Assembly: GCF_004010195.1 (NCBI RefSeq)
Contig: NC_057719.1
Coordinates: forward strand, 79,683,579-79,747,578
Length of the DNA: 64,000 bases
DNA from: Chiloscyllium plagiosum
Lineage: Eukaryota
Direction of reading: 5' to 3'
The notes beneath the pieces are model-generated. The model searched no databases. It had not been told where the DNA came from and was given only the letters and a program-made list of their open reading frames with translations. Shown here in pieces: positions 36,099 to 47,834 of the stretch (its first letter is position 1; each line of letters begins with the position of its first letter). The translations under genes were made by a program, and so were the position numbers.

Positions 36099-38030
36099 AT
36101 GATGTGGAGGTGCTGGTAAGTCACATGACACTGGGTTATAGTCCAACAGGTTTATTTGAAATCACAAACTTTCAGAGCCCCACTCCTTTTTCAGGTAGCT
36201 AGTGATACATCGGACACAGAATTGATAAGTAAAAGATCAGAGGATCACACAACGGATTTGAATGTATTGAACGAACCTAGATGGCTGTTATGTCTTTAAT
36301 CAGTTAAAATGGGGATGCAGGTTTCGATTGATTAATATGTACATTCCAGAATTACTTTCAAGTCACTGCTGTGAGATAACTTAAGGTTATATCAGTATAA
36401 AAGGAGTGACCTCTCAGGTCGGACAATGCATTTTAGGTGTGAGGCCTTGTTTCGAGTCTGTTTGTGTTTTAACCTGGAGTCAGACTGATTTTATTTCCAA
36501 AGTAGAAATTTATAAGCTGCCACATTGACTGACGGCACACAGATTGTGTGCTTTTTGAACACCATAGAATATATCTGCAAATACAAATCTGCAAATGCAA
36601 ATTCACCCCATACACTTATATGTGTGTGTTCATGCGTATGTGTGTGTGAGGGAGTGTGTGTGAGAGAGAGAGTGTGTGTGTGTGTGTGAGGGAGAGAGTG
36701 TGTGTGAGGGAGTGTGTGTGTGAGAGAATGTATTGTGTAGTGGGTCACCTGTGGTGTGATATGAACCCAAGGTCCTGGTTGAGGCCCTCCTCATGGGTAT
36801 CGAACTTGGCTATCAGCCTCTGCTCGGCGACTCTGCGTTGTTGCGTATCCTGAAGTCCACCTTGGAGAACACTCACCAGAAGATCCAAGGCCAGATGTTG
36901 CTGACTGCTGAAGTGTTCCTCAACTATGAGGGAACACCCCTGTCTGGTGATTGTTGTGGGGTGTCCATTCATCCGTTGCCATAGCATCTGCTTGGTCTCA
37001 CCAATGTACCATGTCTTGGGGAAAACTTGCCTACAGCATATGAGATAGACAACATAGGTCGAGTCACATGAGCACCTGCCGCACGCATGGTGCGTGATGT
37101 CCCCATGTGCAATGGTATTATCTATGTTCACACTCTGACACGTCTTGCAGTGGTTGCAATGACAGGATTGTATAGTGTTGTGATCAATATTGTCCTGAAG
37201 GCTGGGCAGTATGCTGTGAACAATGGTCTATTTAAGGTTTGGCAGTTGTTTAAAGTGGAGGTGGAATCTTAGGGAAGATCTTGGCGAGATGCTCACTGTG
37301 TTGCAGGCTGCGAAGAACATGGCATAGTCCCTCTGCTCCGGGGAAGTACTGGATGACGAAGGGTACCCTATCGGTCGTGTCCCATGTCTGCTTCCTGAGA
37401 AGATCATTATGATTTTTGGCTGTGGCACATTGGAACTGACGAACGATGAGTTGGGCATCTTATCCTGTTCGTATGAGGGTGTCCTTCAGCACCTTCAGTG
37501 TCCATCGCGTTCCTCCTCATCCAAACAGATCCTGTGTACGCTTAGGCTTGTCCATAGGGGATGGCTGTTTTAATATGTTTATGGTAGAAGCTAGAGAGGT
37601 GCAGCATCGTGAGGCTATCTGTGGGCTTGCGGTGGAGTGAGCTACTGAGAGTCCATCCTTGATGGAAATGTGTGTGTCCAAGAATGAGACTGATTCTGAA
37701 AAGTAGTCCATGGTAAGTCTGATGATGGGATGAAACTTGTTGAGATCACTGTGCAGTTTTTCAGTGACTCCTCACCATAGGTCCAAAGGAAGAAAATGTC
37801 ATCAATGTATGTGTTGTGTGAAATTGTTCGAACTTGTGCATGAAAATGTCGGCGTATTGAGGTGTAAGTTTGGTCCCCATGGCTGTTCCATGTGTTTGGA
37901 TAAAGAACTGGTTGTTGAAGGCGAAGACATTGTGGTCAGGGGTGAAGCAGATGAGTTGTAGCATGGTGCCTGGAGATTGGCAGTTGTTGGTATTGAGTGC
38001 TGAGGCTGTTTCAGTAATGCCTTTGTCATG
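36099..38030 (-). mobile_element. Penelope family B element, 5'-truncated: RT remnant, GIY-YIG, microsatellite UTR, pLTR
   Basis: HNVFAFNNQFFIQTHGTAMGTKLTPQYADIFM; SVSFLDTHISIKDG; VVYLICCRQ...WYIGETKQMLWQRMNGH; pLTR at about 36099-36200. Confidence 0.93.
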
Positions 38031-38324
38031 GCTAGTGTAACCAAATGGTTAGACTCATTTTTCTCATCTGCTGCTTGTATTGTAGCTCACACCAAGTACA
38101 GTTCACCCATTGCCTCAATGTACATTGTTCGGCATTACTCGACATATAAGTCCAGTCATAATTTAATTTTAAAATTTTCATTCTTTCAAAGCCTCGATAG
38201 ACTCACTCCTAGTTTTCCCTGTTGCTTCCAGCCCTCACCCTCTGTGATCGCTGCACTACCCCAACTCCAATCTGGCAACCTCCTGACCCGGTAAGGTGGA
38301 CATTCGGCTCAGAGAGGTGGCCTT

Positions 38325-38650
38325 TTGGCGTGGCATGGCAATCTCTCAGTCTGGCATGGCCATCTCTTGGCCTGCCATGGTGCTTCTCAGCCTGGCATGG
38401 TTATCTCTCAGCCTGGCACGATGGTGTCTCAGCCTGGCACGGTGGTGTCTCAGCCTGGCACGGCGCTCTCTCAGCCTGCCATGGCAGTCGCTTGGCCTGG
38501 CGTGGCAGTTTCAACCTGGCGTGGTGAACTTTCTGCCTGGCATGGCGGTCACTTGGCCCGGCACGTCTGAACTTTGGCCTGGCATGGCAGTCTTGGCCTG
38601 GCTTGGTGAACTTTCTGGGTGGCGGTGGTCCCTCAGCCTGGCCTTGTGGT
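38325..38650. repeat. Degenerate minisatellite of about 21 bp (gcctggca core)
   Basis: tctcagcctggcacggtggtg and variants in tandem. Confidence 0.8.
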
Positions 38651-38699
38651 CTTTTGATGGTACGTGGGGTCTCTGGGTCCAGCGTCTCGAGGTGATTTC

Positions 38700-38985
38700 T
38701 TGAAGTGTGATCCCACCATGGCTAAGGACTTAAGAAAGGCTTGTAATTTTTGAACTTACAGCTTTATTTCTTTATTTCTACTTAAAACTAAGAAGATGTC
38801 ACTGTAGTTTAATTACTGCAATGTTTAACTTTTAACTTTGTTCTTTTTTCCTATCTTGTTCTTAAGATTCTGTGCCTAGGCACTTGTGTCTAAGATGGCA
38901 CTGCGTATGGTGACATTGCACACTTTTCTCTGTACATGCCATACTTCAGTACACATGACAATCAAATCAAATCAAAACAAAACAA
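38700..38985 (+). mobile_element. 3' part of a non-autonomous retroposon with (AATCA)n tail
   Basis: cctaggcacttgtgtctaagatggc...gtacacatgacaatcaaatcaaatcaaa; same family as 34945 and 44510. Confidence 0.55.
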
Positions 38986-39064
38986 CAACTTCGATATCAT
39001 AGCACCACAGAGTTTATACAGTGCAGCAGAAGGCCATCTGGGGCTCATTGTGTCTGCGCTGAAT

Positions 39065-39278
39065 TTTGACTCCTCCATCATCTTGGAAACCTTCCCTCAA
39101 TCTTTTCAACTCTCTACCCCATCTCTCCTCCTTTAAGGACATACTTAAAACTCTTTTACCAAACTTTTGTACATCTCCCTAATCCTTTTTGGATCAGGTC
39201 AAATTTCATTTCATAAAGTTCTGACCAAGTGCCTTGATGTGTTTTACTACATTAGAGGTGCTTTATAAATGTAGGTGC
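39065..39278 (+). mobile_element. L2-type LINE 3' end (upstream part at about 38110-38275)
   Basis: aagtgccttgatgtgttttactacattagaggtgctttataaatgtag tail. Confidence 0.55.
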
Positions 39279-39552
39279 TGTCTCTGAAACTGGGTGAAAG
39301 GATGGATGGTTAACACTAGCTTTGTTACTTCCCAGGTTTTTAACTCAGTCATCAATTATCTCCATGTTAGAGGTCGATCCTGTTTCCACGACTAGGCCCG
39401 TTCCCTTTTCAATAGCTGGTTCACTGACTGGAGAATAAATGTGTACAGACAGAATGTAACATTGTAAATAAGCCAGGAGTAAACACTCCCAGAAAAGACC
39501 AGCCACCCAAGGTTTGACCAGCACACAGCTACTCCCATGTTTAATATGTTAA

Positions 39553-40555
39553 CTGGAGTTTAATATAGATAAGTTGAGGTCTTGCACTTTGGAAAGTCAA
39601 ATCAAGGTAGGAGTTTCATGGTGAATGGTAGGGCCTTAAGGAGGGTAGTGGAACAGAAGGACCTTGGAGTTCAGGTGCATATATTTCTGAAAGTGGAATC
39701 ACAGCTGGAAAAGGCAGTGAAGGCAGCTTTTGGCACACTGGCCTTCATCAGTCATAGCTTTGAGTATAGAAGTTGGGAAGTAAGTCAAATCAAGGTAGGA
39801 GTTTCATGGTGAATGGTAGGGCCTTAAGGAGGGTAGTGGAACAGAAGGACCTTGGAGTTCAGGTGCATGTATTTCTGAAAGTGGAATCACAGCTGGAAAA
39901 GGCAGTGAAGGCAGCTTTTGGCACACTGGCCTTCATCAGTCATAGCTTTGAGTATAGAAGTTGGGAAGTTATGTTGCAGTCGTACAGGACGTTGGTGAGG
40001 CTGCACTTGGAGTATTGTGTTCAGTTTTGGTCACTTTGCTATAGGAAGGATGTCATTAAACTGGAAAAGAGTACAGAAGAAATTTACAAGGATGTTGCCA
40101 GGACTCAAGGGTCTGAGACATAGGGAGAGACTGGACAAGTTAGGACTTTTTTCTTTAGAGTGTAGGAGACTGAGGGGGGACCTTATAGAAGTGCATAAGA
40201 TCATGAGAGGCATGGATAGGGTGAATGTACTCAGTCTTTTTCCCAGGGTTTGGGAATCGAGGACTAGAGGGCATGAGTTTAGATGGTTAGAGGGGAAAGA
40301 ATAAAAGGGAACCTGAGGGGCAACTTTTTTTACATAGAGGGTGGTACACATATGGAATGAGCTGCCAGTGGAAGTAATTGAGGTGGGCACATTAACATTT
40401 TAAAGGCACTTGGGCAAATACATGGATAGGAAAAGTTTAGAAGGATGTGGGCCAACCGCAGGAAAATGGGGTCGGTGTGGGGACATTTTGGTCAGTATGG
40501 ACCAGTTTGGGCCAAAGGGCTTGTCTCCGTGCTGTAGGACTCTATGACTCTGTGT
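39553..40555 (+). mobile_element. CR1 3' fragment with a 188-bp tandem duplication
   Basis: HFGKSNQGRSFMVNGRAL...RLHLEYCVQFWS...RGDLIEVHKIMRG; 39594-39781 is repeated at 39782-39969. Confidence 0.93.
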
Positions 40556-41300
40556 TCAGACTCACATGTGAAGGATTAACTACTTGCATATTATTTGGAA
40601 GTTATCAAGAATTGAAAATTATCAGTTAAGGAGAGACTAAGACCCATCTAGCTTGCCTCTACCTTCCTGGGGTATGCAACAATAATGTAGACATTGATAA
40701 ATCATGGCATTAAATCTCCATCAATTAGTGTATAATTACTAATTGTGCAGACATGAGATGAGGAATAACCCAATGGTGGAGAGCATTGGGATTCAGAGAT
40801 CAAAAGTCATTTGTCCCGACCATACATTAACATTTACCATGTGTCATGCCTCAATTACTGATATATCTCGAACCACGATTTTCAGGATGAGATCTAAATG
40901 CTTCCATAAGAACTGCTACCACTGTGGGAGACAGTGCCGGAAACATTAACCCTGTTTCTCTCTCCATGGATGCTACAAGACCTGCTGAGTTTCTCCAACA
41001 TTTTCTATGTTTGCTACGGATGCTGCAAACTGATCCACCTCATCGTGTATATAGCAGAACGGAGATCCAGTACCTTCATTTCCAACTATTGCTGTTTATT
41101 TTCTCTCTGTCAGGGACAGGCCTTTTCCGAGGTCACCGTAGGAATACTGCACACAGATCTGGTCTCAATACTACTGAAGGAATGCAGCATCAGTGGAAAA
41201 GGTGCAAAAATTATTTACAAGGATTTGCCCCAAATTAAGAGACTGTAATTATTGGTGAATCGAAGCTGACAGAATACTGAGAGGTCTGAGATAGAATGGG

Positions 41301-41666
41301 GAGAAAGTGAGGTCTGCAGATGCTGGAGATCAGAGCTGGAAATGTGTTGCTGGAACAGTGCAGCAGGTCAGGCAGCACCCAGGGAACAGGAGAATTGACG
41401 TTTCGGGCATAAGCCCTTCTTCAGGAATGGGGAAAGTTTGTCCAGCAGGCTAAGATAAAAGGTAGGGAGGAGGGACTTGGGGGAGGGGCGTCGGAAATGT
41501 GATAGGTGGAAAGAGGTCAAGGTGAGGGTGATAGGTCAGACTGGGGTGGGGGCGGAGAGGTCGGGAAGAAGATCTCAGGTTAGGAAGGCGGTGCTGAATT
41601 TCATGGATTTGACTGAGACAGGGTGGGGGGAGGGGAAATGAGGAAACTGGTGAAATCCGAGTTCAA
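41301..41666 (-). mobile_element. Penelope family A 3' end (UTR plus pLTR); 14-bp TSD
   Basis: tgagatagaatggg at 41287-41300 and 41673-41686; homologous to 29526-29731. Confidence 0.9.
41397..41424 (-). ncRNA. Minimal hammerhead ribozyme core (Penelope type)
   Basis: Minus strand reads CUGAAGA-A-GGGC-UUAU-GCCC-GAAA-CGUC, identical to 7330-7357. Confidence 0.75.
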
Positions 41667-43119
41667 ATAGAATGAGATAGAATGGGCCCAGAGAAGGTGT
41701 TCCCACTAGCAGGAGAGACTAGCCACAGCCTTAGAGTGAAGGGATAACCCTTTAGAACTGAGATGAGGAGGAATTCTTCAGTCAGTTGGTGATTAATCCA
41801 TGGAACTTTTTGCCACAGAGGAATGTCGAGGCCAAGTCAGTGAATGTAGTTATGTCAGATTCTTGATTGGTAAGGGGATTCAAGGGTTATCGGGAGAAGT
41901 CAGGGGAATGGAGTTGCGAAACATATCAGCCGTGGTTGAATGGCGGAACTGACTCAATGGGCCGAATAGCCCACTTCTGCTCCTGTACCTTACAGTCTTA
42001 TGGTGAAGACTGGACAGGTTGTGCGTTCATTTTTCTTGAAAAGAGATTGATGAGTGAGAGGGGCCACAGAAATTATGAAATCTTGTGATGAGGCAGATGC
42101 GATAAGTAGATTTTGACGGAGAAGGTTTTTTTTCATTTGTAGGGAGGCCTAAACTAGGTGTGATAAAGACACAATAAATCCAACAAAATTTTCAAGAGAA
42201 TCTTCACTATTCAATCAGAATGGGATATTCACTATCTTACAGAATAACTGAGGCACATTGAATACCGTAAAGCATGGGCTTTGACCAAGTAAAAGCGATA
42301 ATTGGTGTTTCAAATTCCAAAGATTTTTTGCATATACTTGGGATATAGGTCAATGCCATTTTTTGAGTATGAAATTCTGTACGCACATTAGCAATCGGCC
42401 CTGATATTGTGCCATACAAATGCATGTATTACCTAGCAGTACCTTATAACTGGGTGCAAAGGGCCAGGCAGGAAATATGGGCCGTTATATGAAGATGCAC
42501 AGGAGTTTAAGCAATGCCCACTCTTTGCAATGGATGCTGACAACATTTCAAAATCACCTACACCCACTCCCGAGGCCCACTTTTATACTCAGTGTAGTAT
42601 AAGTCAACCTGTGTTTATGGATGAAATTTGCAGGGCTTGAAATGTCACCTGGAGGCTAACATCTATTGCATCTAAGGGATAGCTAGATGAAGATGTGAGG
42701 AAGATGAGGACATGATGATTGATGAGATAATGGAATGAGAGAGCTGGTTTTTGTGAGGTGGGGCAGACTGTTGGGCTGAATGGCCTGGTTTCAGAGTGGC
42801 GAGTTTGGCAATGTGTAAAAAGGGTTCAAGGTTGACCCAGCTTTGAGCTTTGCCAGGGAGTTTGCCCTCCTTAATAGACAAACAACCCACTGGCTACACA
42901 CATACACACACACAGGGAATGAACAATGATCATCCTGCTATTGAAACAGGGTGGGGGACACAAAGCACATCGTAAGTCAGCAGCTTCCCAGACAAAAGTA
43001 AACGAGTAATCAATCCACTGTGAGATAGGCAGATGAGAGGGAGAGGGAGCAGAAGTGAAAACAAAAACATGAGAGAGAAAAGAGGCAAGGAAAAAGTGCA
43101 GACTCGCAGGGAGGGGGTA

Positions 43120-43425
43120 ATTGGAAGCAATCGTTAGCCTTGGCTGCTGATTCATCACTCTGTGCCAGAATCATTCTTGGAAACGGCTCGTAATTGCTGG
43201 TGTTGCTGTTTTGGGGAGGCTAGAGCTGTACACGAGTGAATTATTTGTCAGTGGATAAGACCGATTACCCAGCGCGCGATTAATGACAGATTGATGTCGC
43301 AGGTCGGCTGTGCACGGTACATCTCTGGGAGGACTTGAATAACACAGGCGCCATTGTGCAGCTGCACTTTCTGTCAGCGTGGGGCCTGGGCTGACGGGAA
43401 ACTGCTGACACAGGTATCTGCTACA
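43120..43425. promoter_or_regulatory. Candidate conserved developmental enhancer or promoter
   Basis: Unique and CpG-retaining; TGATTCAT 43148, TGACAG 43284, AGATTGAT 43288, CATTGT 43352, CTGTCA 43371. Confidence 0.45.
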
Positions 43426-43434
43426 CTGAGCTCG

Positions 43435-44070
43435 CCTGCCTATAACCTCACTGCCAGATAGGGAGCCTCTTAAAGAGACACTGCCTGCAAACTCACTGCC
43501 AGATAGGGAGCCTCTTAAAGAGACACTGCCTGCAACTTCACTGCCAGATAGGGAGCCTATTAAAGAGACACTACCTGCAACCTCACTGCCAGATAGGGAG
43601 CCTCTTAAAGAGACACTGCCTGTAACCTCACTGCCAGATAGGGAGCCTCTAAAAGAGGCACTACCTGTAACCTCACTGCCAGATAGGGAGCCTCTAAAAG
43701 AGGCACTACCTGTAACCTCACTGCCAGATAAGGAGCCTCTTAAAGAAACACTGCCTGCAAACTCACTGCCAGATAGGGAGCCTCTTAAATAGACACTGCC
43801 TGCAACTTCACTGCCAGATAGGGAGCCTATTAAAGAGACACTGCCTGCAACCTCACTGCCAGATAGGGAGCCTCTTAAAGAGACACTGCCTGCAACCTCA
43901 CTGCCAGATAGGGAGCCTCTTAAAGAGACACTGCCTGCGACCTCACTGCCAGATAGAGTGCCTCTTAAAGAGACACTGCCTGCAACCTCACTGCCAGATT
44001 AGAGTGTCTCTTAAAGAGACACTGCCTGCAACCTCACTGCCAGATAGGGAGCCTCTTAAAGAGACACTGT
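43435..44070. repeat. 45-bp minisatellite, about 14 copies
   Basis: Unit cactgcctgcaacctcactgccagatagggagcctcttaaagaga. Confidence 0.97.
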
Positions 44071-44206
44071 CTCCACATCACTGTCCTGTCACAGTCGTTA
44101 TCCCCAACTCCAGAAGTCAAGAAGGGAAATAGCGAGGGGGTGACAGGAAGAAGGGCAGAAAAGGAGGGGAGGAAAATTGAAGGGAAGTAGGGATTGTAAG
44201 GGAAGT

Positions 44207-44360
44207 CAACTAGGAGAAAATGAGGACTGCAGATGCTGGAGATCAGACCTGAAAATGTGTTGCTGGAAAAGCGCAGCAGGTCATGCCCGAAACGTCGATT
44301 CTCCTGCTCCTTGAATGCTGCCTGACCTGCTGCGCTTTTCCAGCAACACATTTTCAGCGC
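44207..44360. mobile_element. Inverted pair of Penelope family A pLTRs; 12-bp TSD
   Basis: tgtaagggaagt at 44195-44206 and 44361-44372; gaaaatgtgttgctggaaaagcgcagcaggtca and its reverse complement both lie inside. Confidence 0.88.
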
Positions 44361-44391
44361 TGTAAGGGAAGTGACAGGAAAAAAATGATTA

Positions 44392-44935
44392 ACTTTTTTT
44401 CATTTCAGAATATACTTTAGTCATAAAAGATATCTTTATGTGTAGATATATATATAGTCACAAATGCATTTTGGTTCTGTACAGTAGCATATTAAAGAAA
44501 CAAGCAGACATTTTGTTTTGATTTGATTTATTGTTGTCACAAGTACCTAAGTACAGTGAAAAGTTTTTGTTTTATAAGCAGTACAGGCAACTCACAGCAA
44601 ACAAGGGCATATAGTTCATAGTCAGAAGTCACAAGACAGCAGGTTAAAGTCCAACAGGTTTATTTGAAAGCACAAGCTTTCTGAGTGCAGGTGACCAAGG
44701 AGCAGTGCTTTGTAAGCTTGAAGTTTCAAATAAACCTGTTGAACTTTAACCTGGTGTCGTGTGACCTTTGATCTTGTCTACCCCAGTCCAACACTGGCAC
44801 GTCCACATCAAACAAATCATTGGATACTTCGGAGTTTGACTCTATCCAAACAAGCAAATGCATCTCTTACTTGAACCGGGCTATAGTTATATGCATTTGA
44901 GGCACCAGAGGGGTCTAGTTAATTAACAGAGAATG
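44392..44935 (-). mobile_element. Probable L1/Tx1-type 3' tail interrupted by a retroposon tail (44510-44620) and a pLTR pair
   Basis: Poly-T start with a decayed reverse polyA signal; gatttgatttattgttgtcaca reverse tail. Confidence 0.4.
44620..44811. mobile_element. Inverted pair of Penelope family B pLTRs
   Basis: caggttaaagtccaacaggtttatttgaaa versus tttcaaataaacctgttgaactttaacctg. Confidence 0.8.
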
Positions 44936-44943
44936 AGAATGAG

Positions 44944-44960
44944 TCTCTCGCTCTCTCTCG

Positions 44961-44992
<32 letters not shown>

Positions 44993-45035
44993 TAGACAGA
45001 GAGAGAGAGAGAGAAAGAGAAGGAAAGAAAGGAAA
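44944..45035. repeat. Compound microsatellite (CT)n(AT)n(GA)n
   Basis: Read directly from the sequence. Confidence 0.95.
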
Positions 45036-45530
45036 TATCAGTGAGAAAAATATTAAAAAGGATCACCTTTGAAATATGGTGACTGTAACGTTGCTCAGGG
45101 CAGTTGCCAGTTTGTACATGACAAGATCCCAAACCCATCTCTTGGGCATTGGGAGTGTATACACACATGACATGATGAAGAGAGGAACCTTTAACACAGT
45201 TTAATCTGTGTAACTTCTTCCCTGTGGATTGTTAGGTATTTGGAGATCAAATGCAGAAGGTTTGATTGCACTGACTGAGCCAGCGTTTTTGTGAGATGTT
45301 GCAGACAGAACCCATCCCCCTATGACTTTTGGGTGATGCAGCCACCATATCTACAACTGTTCATGTCATAGAATTGAAGGAGGCTATTTGATCCATCATC
45401 AGCTCCTGTCTCTTTTGCCATTGATCTTAAACTGTCCTCCAGTTGCCTGGTGTTTCAGCAATGTGCATCGAAGAGTGAAAGTTAACTGGGACTGTGGGGA
45501 GCACCATGGGTTCTATACATCCTCCTATAG

Positions 45531-45830
45531 GGCGGCACAGTGGCTCAGTGGTTAGCACTGCTGTCTCACAGCGCCAGAGACCTGGGTTTGATTCCTGCCT
45601 TGGGTAACTGTCTGTGTTGAGTTTGCACATTCTCCCCGTGACTGCGTGGGTTTCCTCCGGGTGCTCTGGTTTCTTCCCACAGTCCAAAGATTGGTCAGGT
45701 AAATTGGCCATGCTAAATTGCCCAGAGGTAAGGTGCATTATGGGGTAGGGGATTACTCTTCAGAGCATCGGTGTGGACTTGTTGGGCTGAAGGGCCTTTC
45801 TCCATAATGTAAGGAATCGAATCTAATCTC
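45531..45830 (+). mobile_element. HE1 SINE
   Basis: tRNA head, V domain and aatctaatct tail. Confidence 0.9.
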
Positions 45831-46409
45831 TGCCTTTAATGCAGAGCTGGAATATCAGTTGTAGTATATGTTTGTGTCTCTGGCACTGGGCTTGAACCCA
45901 CAACCTTCCTCACTCAGAGATGAGAATGCTACCCAGTGAGCAGCACTCTGTTGAAGTCCATGCTCCATGCTGCCTTCTGAGATCAGCGTGCCCAGAGCCT
46001 GGGAGAAACCTTGCGGTTTCTGCACAGTTGCGCAGCTTAGAGGGAACATTGCCAGTGAGCCACTGCATTTGTACGCTTCCTGCAATCTACAGTGCCCACA
46101 CAAACTGCTGGAAAGAGCTGGGTGGCCAAGCTGTGTTTACTGAGTCAACTGGATCTCCCACATTGCAGCACACAGTCTCTGGACTTCATTTGAGCGTCAA
46201 GGCTAAGATCCCAAACCCCAGTGTCAGGAATTTCATTGTCAAACTTTCCGGTTGCTCGGTTACCAGTTTACAATCTGAATGCTCAAAGACTTATGGGTAA
46301 CTCAACCCCCCAACTTGAGTCAATAACTTGCATTTATTTAGCCCCTTTCATTCAGCGAAAGGTTTCAGGACACTGTGTGGGAGCTTTATCTAACACTGAG
46401 TTACTTAAG

Positions 46410-46645
46410 AAGATTTTCACGCAGAGGGTGGTGCGTGTATGGCATGAGCTGCCAGAGTGGGTGGTGGAGGCTGCTGCAGTGACAACATTTAAAAGGAAAC
46501 TGGATGGGTATATGAATAGGAGGGGTTGAGAGGCTTATGGGCCAAGTGCTGGCAAATGGAACTAGGTTAATTTAGGGTATCTGGTTGGCATGGATGAGTT
46601 GGAACGAAGGGTCTGTTTCCTCGCTTTACATCTCTATGATTCTAC
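46410..46645 (+). mobile_element. CR1 3' end
   Basis: FTQRVVRVWHELPEWVVEAAAVTTFKRKLDGYMNR. Confidence 0.88.
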
Positions 46646-46685
46646 ATTAGGACAACTGACAAGGATGTGCTCTAAGATTATAAAG

Positions 46686-47540
46686 AGAGTCATAGAGTCA
46701 AAGAGTTATACAGCATGGAAACATACCCTTCAGTTCAACTCATCCATGCCAACCAGATATCCCAACCTAACCTAGTCCCACCTGCCAGCACCCAGCCCAT
46801 ATGCTTCTAAACCCTTCCTATTCATATACCCATCCAAACGCCTTTTAAATGGTGTAATTGTACCAGCCTTCACCACCTCCTCTGGTTCTCATTCCATACA
46901 CGCATCACCCTCTGCATGAAAAATTTGTCCCTTGGGTCCCTTTTAAATCTTTTCCCTCTCACCTTAAACCTATTGCCCTCTAGTTTTGGACTCACTGGGG
47001 GAAAGACTTTGTCTATTCATTTTATCCATGCCCCTCATGATTTTATAAACTTTATAAGGTCACCCCCTCAGTCTCCAAAACTCCACGGAAAATAGCCCCA
47101 GCCTATTCAGCCTCTCCTTGTAGCTCAAACCCTCCAACCCTGGCAACATCCTTGTAAATCTTTTCTAAACTCTTTCAACGTCCTTCCTATAACAGAGAGA
47201 CCGAAATACCAAAAGTGGCCTGCAGAGGTGCAATATAACCTCCCAACTCCAATCGCTGACCAATAAAGGCAAGCATACAAAAACCCTTCTTCATTATCCT
47301 GTTTACCTGTGACTCCACTTTCAAGGAACTATGAAACTGCACTCCAAGGTCTCTTTATCGAGCAACACTCCCCAAAAGCTTAAGTGTATAAGTCCTGCCC
47401 TGATTTGCCTTTCCAAAATGTAGCAACTCACATTTGTCTAAATTAAACTCCATCTGCCTCTCCTTGGCCCACTGGCCCATTTGATCAAGGTCCCATTGTA
47501 CTCTGAGGTAACCTTCATTGCTGTCCACTACACCTGTCAA
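46686..47540 (-). mobile_element. CR1 (HER1-type) 3' fragment
   Basis: GVVDSNEGYLRVQWDLDQMGQWAKERQMEFNLDKCELLHFGKAN; tail at 46686. Confidence 0.9.
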
Positions 47541-47834
47541 AAAAGTCTAAAGGAGAGAGAAATGGAAAGGCAGAGAAATTAGGTGGGGAAGGGGATGTTA
47601 TTCAGAAATTGATGTTGTGCCAAGGTAGAGTTTCCAATATCACTGTGCTACTCAATCAGCTTCCCTTCAGTGCTCAGTGATAGGACATCCACCCTCCACT
47701 CCTACAGATGAAGTCCTGCGATAGACTCCTTGTGCAGTCACGAAGGTGTGCTGCATCGCACACAGTGCCATGTTTTATGGCTGAGATGTCTAACTGGGGC
47801 CCATGCCCGCCTATCAGTAGGATGTAAAAAAATT

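Larger units (their letters stand above)
41170..42240 (+). mobile_element. Old CR1 3' fragments hosting a Penelope insertion
   Basis: tttagaactgagatgaggaggaattcttcagtcag...tgggccgaatagcc tail. Confidence 0.7.

Noticed and set aside
36745..37131. GIY-YIG ORF as a functional or domesticated nuclease
   Set aside because: It lies in a truncated Penelope copy with a frameshifted, deleted RT.
38296..38703. Hydrophobic LSLARW-repeat ORF
   Set aside because: Product of a degenerate 21-bp minisatellite.
43435..44070. CRISPR-like array (also considered for 1905-2280 and 63312-64000)
   Set aside because: The units are contiguous with no unique spacers, there are no cas genes, and the context is vertebrate.
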